Source: Thermoanaerobaculales bacterium (GTDB lineage Bacteria > Acidobacteriota > Thermoanaerobaculia > Thermoanaerobaculales > Sulfomarinibacteraceae). Taken from it: 64,000 bases of DNA. The stretch covers positions 94,486 through 158,485 of the forward strand of contig JALOLD010000005.1 of assembly GCA_025456145.1 (NCBI GenBank), given 5' to 3'. Numbering within the stretch: the stretch's first letter is position 1; every line of letters begins with the position of its first letter. Both the position numbers and the translations under genes were made by a program. Positions 1 to 8,660 of this stretch are shown here, one piece after another. The notes below the pieces were generated by a model. That model had not been told where the DNA came from. It saw nothing but the letters and a program-made list of their open reading frames with translations, and ran no database searches.

Positions 1-525
1 CTTGCCGGTCTGCCGGTCGCCGATGATCAGCTCGCGCTGACCGCGGCCGATCGGGATCATCGAGTCGATCGCCTTGATACCGGTCTGCATCGGCTCTTTC
101 ACCGGCTGCCGCGCGACGACGCCGGGCGCGGTCCGCTCGAGCGGGTAGCGCTCGCTGGACTCCACCGGGCCCTTGCCGTCGAGGGGCCGACCGAGGGGAT
201 CGACCACCCGGCCGACCATCGCCGGGCCGACCGGGATGTCGAGGATTCGCTTGGTCCGCTTGACCTCCATCCCCTCGCGGATGTGGTGGACCTCGCCCAT
301 GAGCACGCAACCGACGTTGTCATCCTCGAGGTTGAGGGCGAGGCCGTAGACGTGGTGGGGCAGCTCGAGCAGCTCACCCATCATGACCCCGTCGAGGCCG
401 TAGACGCGGGCGATTCCGTCACCGACGGAGATCACCGTTCCGACCTCGGACATGTCGATGGTCGTTTCCTGTCCTTCGATCTGGCGCCGGATGATGTCGG
501 CGATTTCGGCGGCTTTGATCTGCAT
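1..525 (-). CDS. atpA: ATP synthase F1 alpha subunit, N-terminal 175 codons (3' end lies beyond the window edge)
   Basis: Hand translation from the ATG at 525 gives [31 protein letters not shown]...[20 protein letters not shown], running into the P-loop. The frame stays open to position 1. It is absent from the ORF track because no stop falls in the window. Confidence 0.9.
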   Translation of the reverse strand, partial: MQIKAAEIADIIRRQIEGQETTIDMSEVGTVISVGDGIARVYGLDGVMMGELLELPHHVYGLALNLEDDNVGCVLMGEVHHIREGMEVKRTKRILDIPVGPAMVGRVVDPLGRPLDGKGPVESSERYPLERTAPGVVARQPVKEPMQTGIKAIDSMIPIGRGQRELIIGDRQTGK

Positions 526-529
526 GTTG

Positions 530-1081
530 CTACCCCTGTTCGATGACGGTTTGCCGGCTCAGCCGATCGACCTGTCCCACGAGCGACCCGTCGAAGACCT
601 TGGATCCGACCTGGACCTTGAAACCGGCGAGAAGATCCGGGTTGTGGACGAAATCGGCCACCACGGTGGCCCCGATGACCGCGCTCATCGCCTCGGCGAT
701 CCGCCGCCGCTCGGCCTCGTCATAGGCCGTGGCGACCTCGATCCGCGCCCGGGTCCGACCGAGCTCGCGATCGACCAGGGCACGGTACGCGGTGGCGATG
801 TCTCGCATGTGCTGGAGGCGGTAGTTCCGCTGGACGACGTGGACGAACCGCCGCACCGGCTCGACGACGCCGAGGGCGTCGAGCACCCGGTCCAGGATGA
901 CGGTCTTGGTCTCGGTGTCGACGGTCGGGGTGACCATGACCCGATCGAACTCTGGCACGGTCTCGAGCGCGGCGGCGACGGCCTCGAGCTCGGCGACCAC
1001 CGCCGGCTTGCGGTCGGGGTGGGACTCGCGGACGACCTCGATCAGGGCCTTGGCATAGGGTTGGGCTCGGAAGCGTGACAT
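530..1081 (-). CDS. atpH: ATP synthase F1 delta subunit (OSCP)
   Basis: Last 183 codons of ORF 530..2002(-), starting at ATG 1081 ([17 protein letters not shown]...[18 protein letters not shown]). Length, sequence and position between b and alpha fit delta. The upstream part of the ORF is Arg/Pro-rich read-through. Confidence 0.85.
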   Translation of the reverse strand: MSRFRAQPYAKALIEVVRESHPDRKPAVVAELEAVAAALETVPEFDRVMVTPTVDTETKTVILDRVLDALGVVEPVRRFVHVVQRNYRLQHMRDIATAYRALVDRELGRTRARIEVATAYDEAERRRIAEAMSAVIGATVVADFVHNPDLLAGFKVQVGSKVFDGSLVGQVDRLSRQTVIEQG

Positions 1082-1086
1082 GGCCG

Positions 1087-1665
1087 CTACTCCTTGGCCT
1101 TGAGATCGGCGAGCGCCTCGAGGCTGGCGCCGAGCATCCGCTTCTGGTCGTCGGCGGTCATCGTCGAAGCGAGGAGGTCCTTGGTCAGCCTTGCAGTCAG
1201 CTCGGCGGTGTCGCGGACCAGCTGCTCGCGGGTCTCGGCCTGGCGCCGCGCGATCTGCTCGTCGACCCGGCGCATGAACCGCGACTCCTCGTCGTGCGCC
1301 TGGGCGTCGATCTTCTCGGCCTCCGCCCGACCCTGGGCTTCGGCGCGGTCGCGCATCTCGGCGATCTCGCCCTCGACCCGGGCGAGCCGCTCGCCGACCT
1401 CGGCGCGGAGCCGCTCGGCCTCGGCGAGCTTGTCGCGGGCCGCCGCGAGCTCGCCCTTGATCGTCTCGCCGCGCTCGGCGAGGGCCTGGCTGATCGGCCG
1501 GCCGACGAACTTGTTGAGCAGGAAGAGGAAGAGGGTGAGGTTGGCGGCGAGGAGCAGCCGCTTGACCGTCGGCGAGAGGAAGGTCGGGTCGGAGGGCGCG
1601 TCGATGAGAAAGGCGAGGATCGCCAGAACGACGAAGGCGACCACCCAGATCAGCTTGTCCTTCAC
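1087..1665 (-). CDS. atpF: ATP synthase Fo subunit b
   Basis: In-frame GTG at 1665 (VKDKLIWVVAFVVLAILAFL...). There is one N-terminal TM helix, then a long charged coiled coil (AEAERLRAEVGERLARVEGEIAEMRDRAEAQ). It has a GTGA overlap with the upstream b' gene. Confidence 0.8.
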   Translation of the reverse strand: MKDKLIWVVAFVVLAILAFLIDAPSDPTFLSPTVKRLLLAANLTLFLFLLNKFVGRPISQALAERGETIKGELAAARDKLAEAERLRAEVGERLARVEGEIAEMRDRAEAQGRAEAEKIDAQAHDEESRFMRRVDEQIARRQAETREQLVRDTAELTARLTKDLLASTMTADDQKRMLGASLEALADLKAKE

Positions 1666-2093
1666 TGGGACACCTCCCTGCCGAGCAACCGGCCGGCGAA
1701 GAGCCGGGCCAGCCCGGTCGCCGAGTCGGCGAGCTGGGAGCGCGCCGCGGCCGCCTCGGTGGCGAGCTCGTCGAGAGCCCGGTCGAGCTTGCCGTCGGCC
1801 TGCTGGCGCGCCGTGGTGAGCAGCGCCTGGCGGCGGTCGAGGGCCTGCTGGCGGTGGTCGTTGCGGACCTTGGCTGCCGACCGGGCCGCCTCCTCGAGGG
1901 CGGACTCGAGGCGATCGGTCGCGGCGAGGAACTCGTCGTGCTTGGCCTGCCACTCGGTCTCGGCGCCTTCGATGCGCCGCCGCCGCTCGGCGAGCACCCC
2001 ACCGACCGGCTTGAGGAGGAACTTCTGGACCACCAGATAGGTGACCCAGAAACACACCATCACGATAACGAGCGATAGGTTCGGTGGTTGCAT
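1662..2093 (-). CDS. ATP synthase Fo subunit b' (second b-type stalk subunit)
   Basis: 143-aa ORF MQPPNLSLVIVMVCFWVTYLVVQKFLLKPVGGVLAERRRRI... with a TM helix plus helical stalk. It lies directly upstream of and overlapping atpF. Confidence 0.75.
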   Translation of the reverse strand: MQPPNLSLVIVMVCFWVTYLVVQKFLLKPVGGVLAERRRRIEGAETEWQAKHDEFLAATDRLESALEEAARSAAKVRNDHRQQALDRRQALLTTARQQADGKLDRALDELATEAAAARSQLADSATGLARLFAGRLLGREVSQ

Positions 2094-2139
2094 CCGCGGC
2101 TCCCGGCCTCTGCTCTCCCGCCTCGTTGCAGGGCGTCCA

Positions 2140-2169
2140 ACCCTACCGCATCGGACCGGGCCGCGTCAA
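2140..2169 (-). promoter_or_regulatory. candidate sigma70-type promoter for the atpF'-F-H-A operon
   Basis: The reverse strand reads TTGACG (2169-2164), an 18-nt spacer, then TAGGGT (2145-2140), about 45 nt upstream of the b' ATG. TAGGGT recurs as a -10-like hexamer elsewhere in the window. Confidence 0.35.
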
Positions 2170-2275
2170 GAGTATTTTTTCACAAGGTTTGTTTTCCCTG
2201 GGTTTGAACCCCGACGATCGCTGGATTGGCGGGGTTTTGAGACGGGGGCTCAGGATCGCGCCGCGCCGCGGGGCG

Positions 2276-2653
2276 TCAGGCTTTGGGGCCGCTCGTTCCG
2301 GAGACCGGCGGGGCGACCGGGGCCGCCATCTCGACCCGGCCCTCGAGGAAGGCCCCATCCTCCATCACGATCGCGGGCGCGTGGAGCTCTCCCCAGACCT
2401 TCGCCGACGCGTGGAGGACGACCCTCTCGGAGGCCTTGACGGTTCCCCTGACCTGACCGCCGATCAGACAGCGGGCGACGTCGATCTCCCCCTCGACCGC
2501 ACCATCCTCGCCGATCAGGAGCTCCGAGCGCGACCGGATGGTCCCCTCCACCCGTCCGTCGATCCGAAAGGAGCTCGAGAACTCGAGCTCGCCGCGGAGG
2601 GTGCAGCCCGAGTCGATGAACCCGTTGAGCGTCTCCGGCCCTCGCACCATCAC
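2276..2653 (-). CDS. bactofilin-family cytoskeletal protein (DUF583/CcmA-like)
   Basis: 125 aa with a repeating beta-helix pattern (IDGRVEGTIRSRSELLIGEDGAVEGEIDVARCLIGGQVRGTVKASERVVLHASAKVWGELHAPAIVMEDGAFLEGRV) and a Pro-rich tail. The GTG/ATG start overlaps the parB stop. Confidence 0.85.
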   Translation of the reverse strand: MMVRGPETLNGFIDSGCTLRGELEFSSSFRIDGRVEGTIRSRSELLIGEDGAVEGEIDVARCLIGGQVRGTVKASERVVLHASAKVWGELHAPAIVMEDGAFLEGRVEMAAPVAPPVSGTSGPKA

Positions 2654-3513
2654 TCACCCCCCATCAGTAGGTCGAACACCCGCATGAGCTCGTCGGCCTG
2701 AGCGCAGGCGATGACCACCGTGCCACCGCCCCCGCGACGCGGCCGGATCCGAACCGGCGCGCCGAGGCGGAGGCTGAGTCTCTCCTCCGCCTCGAGCAGG
2801 TTGGGGTCGGGCGCGGCCTTGCCGGTCCGTCGCGGGCGGGGTCCACCCTGGGCCGGCTCGCGGTCGGCCGCGGCCCGCTCGAGATCGCGGACCGACAGGC
2901 CGTCGGCGATCGCCGCCCGGGCCCAATCGAGCCGCCCCCGGTCGTCGGGCATGGCGAGCAGCGCGCGACCGTGACCGGCGCTGAGCCGCCCCGACTCGAT
3001 CATCTCCTGGACCTCTTCGGGCAGGCCCAACAAACGGACGGCGTTGGCCACCGTGCTCCGGTCCTTGCCGACCGCCGCCGCGATCTCGGCCTGGGACAGC
3101 CCGTGCTCGGATCGCAGGTGCTCATAGGCGCGCGCCTCCTCGATGGGCGACAGGTCGGCCCGCTGGAGGTTCTCGACGAGGGCCAGGGCGAGCTCGTCGC
3201 GAGCGTCGACCCGCTCGCGGATCACCGCCGGCACCGTCTCGAGACCGGCGGCCCGCGCCGCCCGCCAGCGCCGCTCGCCGGCGATGACGAGATACCCGCC
3301 GGCCCCATCGTCGCTGACCAGCAGCGGCTGGAGCACGCCGTGCCGGCGGACCGACTCCGCCAGCTCGGCCAGCCGCGCCTCGTCGAACAGCCGGCGCGGC
3401 TGCTCGGGGTTCGGCCGGAGCCGGTCGACCGGAATCTCCGCGAGACCGGACCTGGCCAGCTGGGTGGCCGGGATCAGGGCCTTGAGGCCGCGACCCAGGG
3501 CGCGTTTAGCCAC
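2650..3513 (-). CDS. parB: chromosome partitioning protein ParB/Spo0J
   Basis: In-frame GTG at 3513 gives VAKRALGRGLKALIP..., a typical ParB N-terminus. It has the GERRWRAA arginine patch and the HTH SQAEIAAAVGKDRSTVANAVRLL. It overlaps the parA stop by 8 nt. The longer track ORF (to 3723) is an upstream extension. Confidence 0.9.
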   Translation of the reverse strand: MAKRALGRGLKALIPATQLARSGLAEIPVDRLRPNPEQPRRLFDEARLAELAESVRRHGVLQPLLVSDDGAGGYLVIAGERRWRAARAAGLETVPAVIRERVDARDELALALVENLQRADLSPIEEARAYEHLRSEHGLSQAEIAAAVGKDRSTVANAVRLLGLPEEVQEMIESGRLSAGHGRALLAMPDDRGRLDWARAAIADGLSVRDLERAAADREPAQGGPRPRRTGKAAPDPNLLEAEERLSLRLGAPVRIRPRRGGGGTVVIACAQADELMRVFDLLMGGE

Positions 3514-4291
3514 CGGCCGCCGCCCGCCGCTCGAGGTACTCGCGGCCGAGACCGAGATAGGCCTGTGCGCCCTTGCTGCGCAGATCATAGGCGTGGATCG
3601 GCCGGCCGAAGGACGGGGCCTCGGCGAGCCGGACGTTGCGCGGGACGATGGAGTCGAACACGAGATCGCCGAACACCGAGCACACCTCCTGCACGACCTG
3701 CTGGGCGAGGTTCGTCCGGTCATCGTACATGGTGAGCAGGATCCCGTCGATGGCGAGCCCGGGGTTGACGTACCGGCGGATCTCCTCGACCGTTACGAGT
3801 AGCTTCGACACGCCCTCCATGGCGTAGTACTCGCACTGGATCGGGACGATGAGGGCATCCGCGGCGGCCAAGGCGTTGACGGTCAAAAGCCCGAGCGAGG
3901 GCGGGCAGTCGATGAAGACGAAGTCCCCGGTGGCGTGGCCGGCAAGCCCATCCCGCAAGCGGAACTCCCGGCCGACCAGACCGACCAGCTCGACCTCGGC
4001 CCCGGCGAGATCGGGGGTCGAGGGCGCGAGCGAGAGGTGAGGGAACTCGGTCGGCCGGACGACCGCGCCGAGCTCGGCCTGGCCGGTGAGGAGTTGGTAG
4101 GTCGTGGGGTCGTCGGGGCGGGGCTCGCAACCGAGACCGGCGGTGCAGTTTCCCTGGGGATCGAGGTCGACGAGCAGGACTCGCCGCTCGTACGCCGCGA
4201 GGGCGGCGCCGAGGTTGATCGCGGTCGTGGTCTTGCCCACACCGCCTTTCTGATTGGCCAGGGCGACGACTCGGGGTTTCACGTGAAACAC
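3506..4291 (-). CDS. parA: chromosome partitioning ATPase ParA/Soj
   Basis: Deviant Walker A ALANQKGGVGKTTTAINLG. The start is taken at GTG 4291 (VFHVKPRVV...); GTG 4282 is an equally possible start. The ORF-track N-terminal extension is Arg-rich and implausible. Confidence 0.9.
   Translation of the reverse strand: MFHVKPRVVALANQKGGVGKTTTAINLGAALAAYERRVLLVDLDPQGNCTAGLGCEPRPDDPTTYQLLTGQAELGAVVRPTEFPHLSLAPSTPDLAGAEVELVGLVGREFRLRDGLAGHATGDFVFIDCPPSLGLLTVNALAAADALIVPIQCEYYAMEGVSKLLVTVEEIRRYVNPGLAIDGILLTMYDDRTNLAQQVVQEVCSVFGDLVFDSIVPRNVRLAEAPSFGRPIHAYDLRSKGAQAYLGLGREYLERRAAAGG
4275..4290. promoter_or_regulatory. parS centromere-like site
   Basis: GGTTTCACGTGAAACA matches the canonical parS palindrome TGTTNCACGTGAAACA at 15/16 positions. 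It sits on the rsmG stop / parA start. Confidence 0.8.
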
Positions 4292-4890
4292 GGCCTCTCG
4301 GCTTGAAGATAGACGAGTCGGCCCCGCTCGAGACCGACGAGCGGCGAGCTTAGCACACGCCACCCCCGCTGGTTCGCCATCTCGCGCTCGCCGTCCTCGG
4401 TGGTCCACAGGGCGACCCCCCCGCCCGCGGCGAGCCGGTCGCGGGCCCACTCCACAAGATCGCCCAGGCCCCCGACCGCGCGCATCGTCACCAGGTCGAA
4501 GACCCGGTCACCGCCGAGCTCCTGGTAGCGGACCGCGAGCGCCTCGGCATCGAGGCCGAGCTCGCGGATCGTCCGTTTGAGGAAGGCCCACCGCTTCTGC
4601 CTCGGCTCGAGCAGCACGCCCCTCCAGCCCGGGCGGACGATCAGCAGGGGGACCCCCGGCAGGCCGGCGCCGCTGCCGACATCGAGCAGTCGCCCCGTCG
4701 CCCCGAGCAGCTCGGCCCCGGCGAGTGCGTCGAGCAGGTGGCGCTCGACGAGCTCCCGCCGGTTGGCCACCCGCACCAGGTTGTGGTGCGCCGACCAGCG
4801 CTCGAGAAGCTCGGCATAGGACACCATCCGGTCGAGCGCCTCGCCATCCAGATGGCCGGCGAGAAGGTCGCGGAACGCCGGGACCGGCAT
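4279..4890 (-). CDS. rsmG: 16S rRNA (guanine527-N7)-methyltransferase RsmG (GidB)
   Basis: From ATG 4890 (MPVPAFRDLLAGHL...) with the SAM motif LLDVGSGAGLPGVPLLI. It has an ATGA overlap with the mnmG stop. Confidence 0.85.
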   Translation of the reverse strand: MPVPAFRDLLAGHLDGEALDRMVSYAELLERWSAHHNLVRVANRRELVERHLLDALAGAELLGATGRLLDVGSGAGLPGVPLLIVRPGWRGVLLEPRQKRWAFLKRTIRELGLDAEALAVRYQELGGDRVFDLVTMRAVGGLGDLVEWARDRLAAGGGVALWTTEDGEREMANQRGWRVLSSPLVGLERGRLVYLQAERPCFT

Positions 4891-6761
4891 CACCCGGCCG
4901 TCCCGAGCCGGGCCAGGCGACCGGCCAGGATCGCGACCGCCGCCGGGGTCATCCCGGGCAGGGCCTCGGCCGCGGCGAGGGTCGCCGGGCGATGGCGCTC
5001 GAGCTGCTCGACGACCTCGCGCGACAGACCCGGGATTCGACACGGATCGAGGTCCGCGGGGATCGGGACGTGGCGCAGCCGGCGGATCCGGTCGACCTCC
5101 CGCTGGTGCCGGGCCAGGTAGCCGTCATAGCGCAGCCCGCCGACCAGCGCCCGTCGGTCCTCCGCCTCCAGGGCGGCGAGCCCCGGCGCCGCCGCCACAG
5201 CCCGTTCGGGGTCGACATCCGGCCGGCGCAGCAGCCCCGCCCACGAGGTCGGCGCGACGAGCTCGATCCCGATGGCGCACCGGATCCGGTCCCGGGTCTC
5301 ACGATCCGGGTTGAGCCCGGTCGTCTCGAGCTCGGCTCTGACCTTGTGGCGCGCCTCCCAGCGGCCCTGTTCCACGTGAAACGCCCGCACCGGCACGAGC
5401 CCGAGCTCGACGCCCCGGGCCATCAGCCGCTCGCGGGCCGAATCGACGCCGAGGAGCAGGCGGTGCTCGGCGCGCGAGGTGAAGATCCGGTAGGGCTCGA
5501 CATGGGCGCGGGTCACGAGATCGTCGACGAGGACCCCGACATAGCCCTCGTCGCGGCCGATGACCAGCGGGGCCTCGCCGCGGCCGGCGAGGACCGCGTT
5601 GACCCCGGCCACGAAGCCGAGCGCCGCCGCCTCCTCATAGCCCGATGTCCCGAGGAGCTGGCCGGCAAGCGCGAGCCCCGGCACCCTCCGGCAGGCGAGC
5701 CCCCGGTCGACCTCGCCCGGCGACACCACGTCGTACTCGACGGCGTAGCCGTAGCGAAGAAACTCCGCCCGCTCGAGACCGGGCACCGATCTCACCACCG
5801 CCCGCTGCACGTCCTCCGGGAGACTGGTCGACAGGCCGTTGACATAGATGCTCTCGCTCGCCAGGCCTTCGGGCTCGAGGAACACGGTGTGCTCGCGGTG
5901 ATGCGGAAACCGGACCACCTTGTCCTCGATCGACGGGCAGTAGCGAGGTCCGACCCCCTCGATCGCCCCGGCAAACAGCGGCGACCGGTGGAGGTTGTCC
6001 TCGATGATGGACTGGACGAGCTCCGGCGTCCGGGTCACCCAGCACGAGACCCGGTTGGCGACCGCCCGGGACCGCCAGGAGAAGGGCCGCGGCGGCTCGT
6101 CGCCGCGCTGCTCCCCGAGGCGTTCGAGCTCGAGGCTCGATCGGGCGAGCCGGGGAGGGGTGCCGGTCTTGAACCGCCGCCGCTCGAGCCCGAGCCCCCG
6201 AAGCTCATCGCCGAGGCCGATGCTCGGCCGCTCTCCATACCTCCCGCCGGGTCGCCGGCGGCTGCCGCTGGTCAGCACACCCCCGAGAAAGGTGCCGGTG
6301 GTGAGCAGCGTGGTCACGCCGCCGATCCGCCGTCCATCGGCGAGCCGCACCCCGGTCACCCGGGCGTCCGAGGTCACCAGGCCGACCACCTCGCCCTCGA
6401 CGAGACAGATCCCCGGCAAGCCCTCGAGCAGCCGGCGAACCAGGACGGTGTACCGCGCCTTGTCGCACTGGGCCCGGGGGCCCCAGACCGCCGGACCGCG
6501 CGACCGGTTGAGGACCTTGAATTGGATCCCGGCGCGGTCCGCCGCCCAGCCCTGGATCCCGCCGAGGGCGTCGAGCTCGGCGACGAGATGGCCCTTGCCG
6601 ATGCCCCCGATCGCCGGGTTGCACGGCATCTGGGCGACGGTCTCCCGGTGCAGGGTGATCAGCCCCACCGACGCACCCATCCTCGCCGCCGCGCAGGCCG
6701 CCTCGCACCCGGCGTGCCCGGCGCCCACCACCACGACGTCGAACACCGCGTCCAACGTCAC
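4890..6761 (-). CDS. mnmG: tRNA uridine 5-carboxymethylaminomethyl modification enzyme MnmG (GidA)
   Basis: In-frame GTG 6761 gives 623 aa. FAD motif DVVVVGAGHAGCEAACAAARMG and MPCNPAIGGIGKGHLVAELDALGG are present. It has a GTGA overlap with mnmE. The remaining 350 codons of the track ORF read through mnmE in another frame. Confidence 0.95.
   Translation of the reverse strand: MTLDAVFDVVVVGAGHAGCEAACAAARMGASVGLITLHRETVAQMPCNPAIGGIGKGHLVAELDALGGIQGWAADRAGIQFKVLNRSRGPAVWGPRAQCDKARYTVLVRRLLEGLPGICLVEGEVVGLVTSDARVTGVRLADGRRIGGVTTLLTTGTFLGGVLTSGSRRRPGGRYGERPSIGLGDELRGLGLERRRFKTGTPPRLARSSLELERLGEQRGDEPPRPFSWRSRAVANRVSCWVTRTPELVQSIIEDNLHRSPLFAGAIEGVGPRYCPSIEDKVVRFPHHREHTVFLEPEGLASESIYVNGLSTSLPEDVQRAVVRSVPGLERAEFLRYGYAVEYDVVSPGEVDRGLACRRVPGLALAGQLLGTSGYEEAAALGFVAGVNAVLAGRGEAPLVIGRDEGYVGVLVDDLVTRAHVEPYRIFTSRAEHRLLLGVDSARERLMARGVELGLVPVRAFHVEQGRWEARHKVRAELETTGLNPDRETRDRIRCAIGIELVAPTSWAGLLRRPDVDPERAVAAAPGLAALEAEDRRALVGGLRYDGYLARHQREVDRIRRLRHVPIPADLDPCRIPGLSREVVEQLERHRPATLAAAEALPGMTPAAVAILAGRLARLGTAG
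5368..5383. promoter_or_regulatory. second parS-like site inside mnmG
   Basis: TGTTCCACGTGAAACG matches the parS consensus at 15/16 positions. It is intragenic, as many parS sites are. Confidence 0.65.
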
Positions 6762-8116
6762 TTCCCGATGCAGAAGGTCGCGAAGATCCGATCGAGGACC
6801 TCGTCGCTGACCACCTCGCCGAGCAGCTCGCGGGCCGCGTCCAGGGCGCCGCGGATCGCCTCGGCCGCGAGCTCGGGCGCCATGACATCCACCGCCGCGA
6901 GCTCCGCTGCCGCTTTCTCGAGGGCCAGCCGGTGGCGCTCGCCGATCGCCGCCTCGCCCCCGAGCTCGGCGAGCCCGGCCGACACCACCCCGCCGAGAGT
7001 TCCGCGGAGCCGGTCGAGCCCGGCCCCGGTCCGGCACGACACCGCCAGCCAGCCGTCCTCGACCGCCCGACCGTCCAGGAGATCCGCCTTCGACCGCACC
7101 CGGAGCACCGGCCGGTTGTCGCCGGCATGGGCCTCGGACCCGCTGTGATCGTCCCGGTCGTCGGCCGGCCACAGGGCGAGCAGGACATCGGCGGCGGCCG
7201 CCGCGCCTTCCGCCCGGCGAATCCCCTCGCGCTCGACCGGCTCGTCGCTCGCTCCGAGACCTGCGGTGTCCTGGAGCACGACGCGAACCCCGTCGATCTC
7301 GAGCTCCGCCTCGAGGAGGTCCCGAGTGGTCCCCGGGAGGGCCGAGACGATCGCCCTCTCGTATCCGACTAAAGTGTTGAAAAGAGTAGACTTGCCGGAG
7401 TTCGGCGGGCCCGTGATCACGACCCTCGCCCCGTCCCGGACCCGGCGGCTCGCGGCCGCGGTCGCGAGCAGCCCGCGGACTCGATCGAGGCACCCCGCGG
7501 TGCGCCGCGCGACCTCCTCGGGTCGGTACTCGATCTCGTGCTCGGCGAAGTCGAGCGCGCTCTCGACCGCGGCGAGCAGGCCGGCGAGCTCGTCGCGAAG
7601 CCCAGCGAACTCCCGCGACAGCGCGCCCGAGGCCCGGACCCGCGCGAGCCGCGCCTGCCAGGCGGTCTCGGCCGAGGCGAGGTCGTTGACCGCCTCCGCC
7701 TGGACCAGGTCGACCTTCCCGTTGGCCAGCGCGCGCCGGGTGAACTCCCCGGGCTCGGCCGGGCGCGCCCCCGCCGCGAGGAACCCGTCGACGACCTCGC
7801 GAACCACCCACGGCGAGCCGTGCACGGTGAGCTCGAGCATGTCCTCCCCGGTGTAGGATCGCGGCGCCGGGTAGGGGATCACGACCCCCCGGTCGACGAC
7901 CGACCCGTCGCGGCCGCGAAGCTCGACCAGCGCGGCCCGCCAGCCCCGATCGACGTCGAGGGCCGGACAGATCCGAGCGGCGATCCGGCGCACCTCGGGG
8001 CCGCTGACCCGGATGATCGCCAGCCCACCGCGCCCCGCGGGGGTCGCGCGAGCGACGATCGTGTCAGCGCCGCCGGCGAGGGCGGACGACAACCCGCTTG
8101 AGGAATCCTTCACCAT
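6758..8116 (-). CDS. mnmE: tRNA modification GTPase MnmE (TrmE)
   Basis: 452 aa with G-domain GPPNSGKSTLFNTL and TTRD, and the C-terminal CIGK motif. The annotated ATG overlaps the jag 3' end by 53 nt, so the true start may be the downstream in-frame TTG (about 8092). Confidence 0.9.
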   Translation of the reverse strand: MVKDSSSGLSSALAGGADTIVARATPAGRGGLAIIRVSGPEVRRIAARICPALDVDRGWRAALVELRGRDGSVVDRGVVIPYPAPRSYTGEDMLELTVHGSPWVVREVVDGFLAAGARPAEPGEFTRRALANGKVDLVQAEAVNDLASAETAWQARLARVRASGALSREFAGLRDELAGLLAAVESALDFAEHEIEYRPEEVARRTAGCLDRVRGLLATAAASRRVRDGARVVITGPPNSGKSTLFNTLVGYERAIVSALPGTTRDLLEAELEIDGVRVVLQDTAGLGASDEPVEREGIRRAEGAAAAADVLLALWPADDRDDHSGSEAHAGDNRPVLRVRSKADLLDGRAVEDGWLAVSCRTGAGLDRLRGTLGGVVSAGLAELGGEAAIGERHRLALEKAAAELAAVDVMAPELAAEAIRGALDAARELLGEVVSDEVLDRIFATFCIGK

Positions 8117-8660
8117 CCGACTCGGTCTCGACCCCGGGGTCGTCGGCCAGCGCGAGGTGGATCTCGCGCCGCGCCGCGGGCGTCATCGGCTCGAGGACCA
8201 CCGGCGCCCTGGTACGTAGCGCCTCATCGGCCGCCGCCTCGGCCCTCTCCTGAAGCTGCGACTGCCGCCGATCCTTGAAGCCGCCGACGTCGAGGTGCAC
8301 CGGGAGGCGATGGTCGAGCCGGCGGCTGAGGACCCGGTTGCACAGGTACTGGAGCGCGTCGAGGCCTTTGCCTCCGCCCGCGGTGAGCAGGCCGCAGTCC
8401 CCGCCCTCGAGCTCGCCGACCAGGGCCTCCTCGGTCTCCTCGAGCCGCGCGACGACATCGAGCTTGCCCGCCCGGAAGCTCTCGGACAGGAAGAGCCCGA
8501 GCATCGCCACCGGGTCGAGCTCGGCCTCGACCCCGACTCCGCCGCCCTCGGTCTCGACGACCTCGTAGCGGAGCTCTCCGATCCGCGCGCGAAGCGCCGA
8601 GCAGGCCACGCTGAGCGCGGCGTCGAGGGTTTCGCCGGAGAACCGGGCGGGGTGCTTCAT
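8064..8660 (-). CDS. khpB: Jag/KhpB-like RNA-binding protein (KH + R3H)
   Basis: From ATG 8660 (MKHPARFSGETLDAAL...) to ...LEPMTPAARREIHLALADDPGVETESDGEGFLKRVVV (R3H-like end). It has an ATGA overlap with the yidC stop and the conserved yidC-jag-mnmE order. Confidence 0.8.
   Translation of the reverse strand: MKHPARFSGETLDAALSVACSALRARIGELRYEVVETEGGGVGVEAELDPVAMLGLFLSESFRAGKLDVVARLEETEEALVGELEGGDCGLLTAGGGKGLDALQYLCNRVLSRRLDHRLPVHLDVGGFKDRRQSQLQERAEAAADEALRTRAPVVLEPMTPAARREIHLALADDPGVETESDGEGFLKRVVVRPRRRR

Noticed and set aside
4725-7148. 807-aa forward ORF (and other long ORFs 4738..5121, 5995..6810, 6205..7188)
   Set aside because: They are antisense or alternative frames of rsmG, mnmG and mnmE, which have unambiguous family motifs. 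The translations are Arg/Pro/Gly/Ala-rich with no motifs, the typical shadow ORFs of a high-GC genome.
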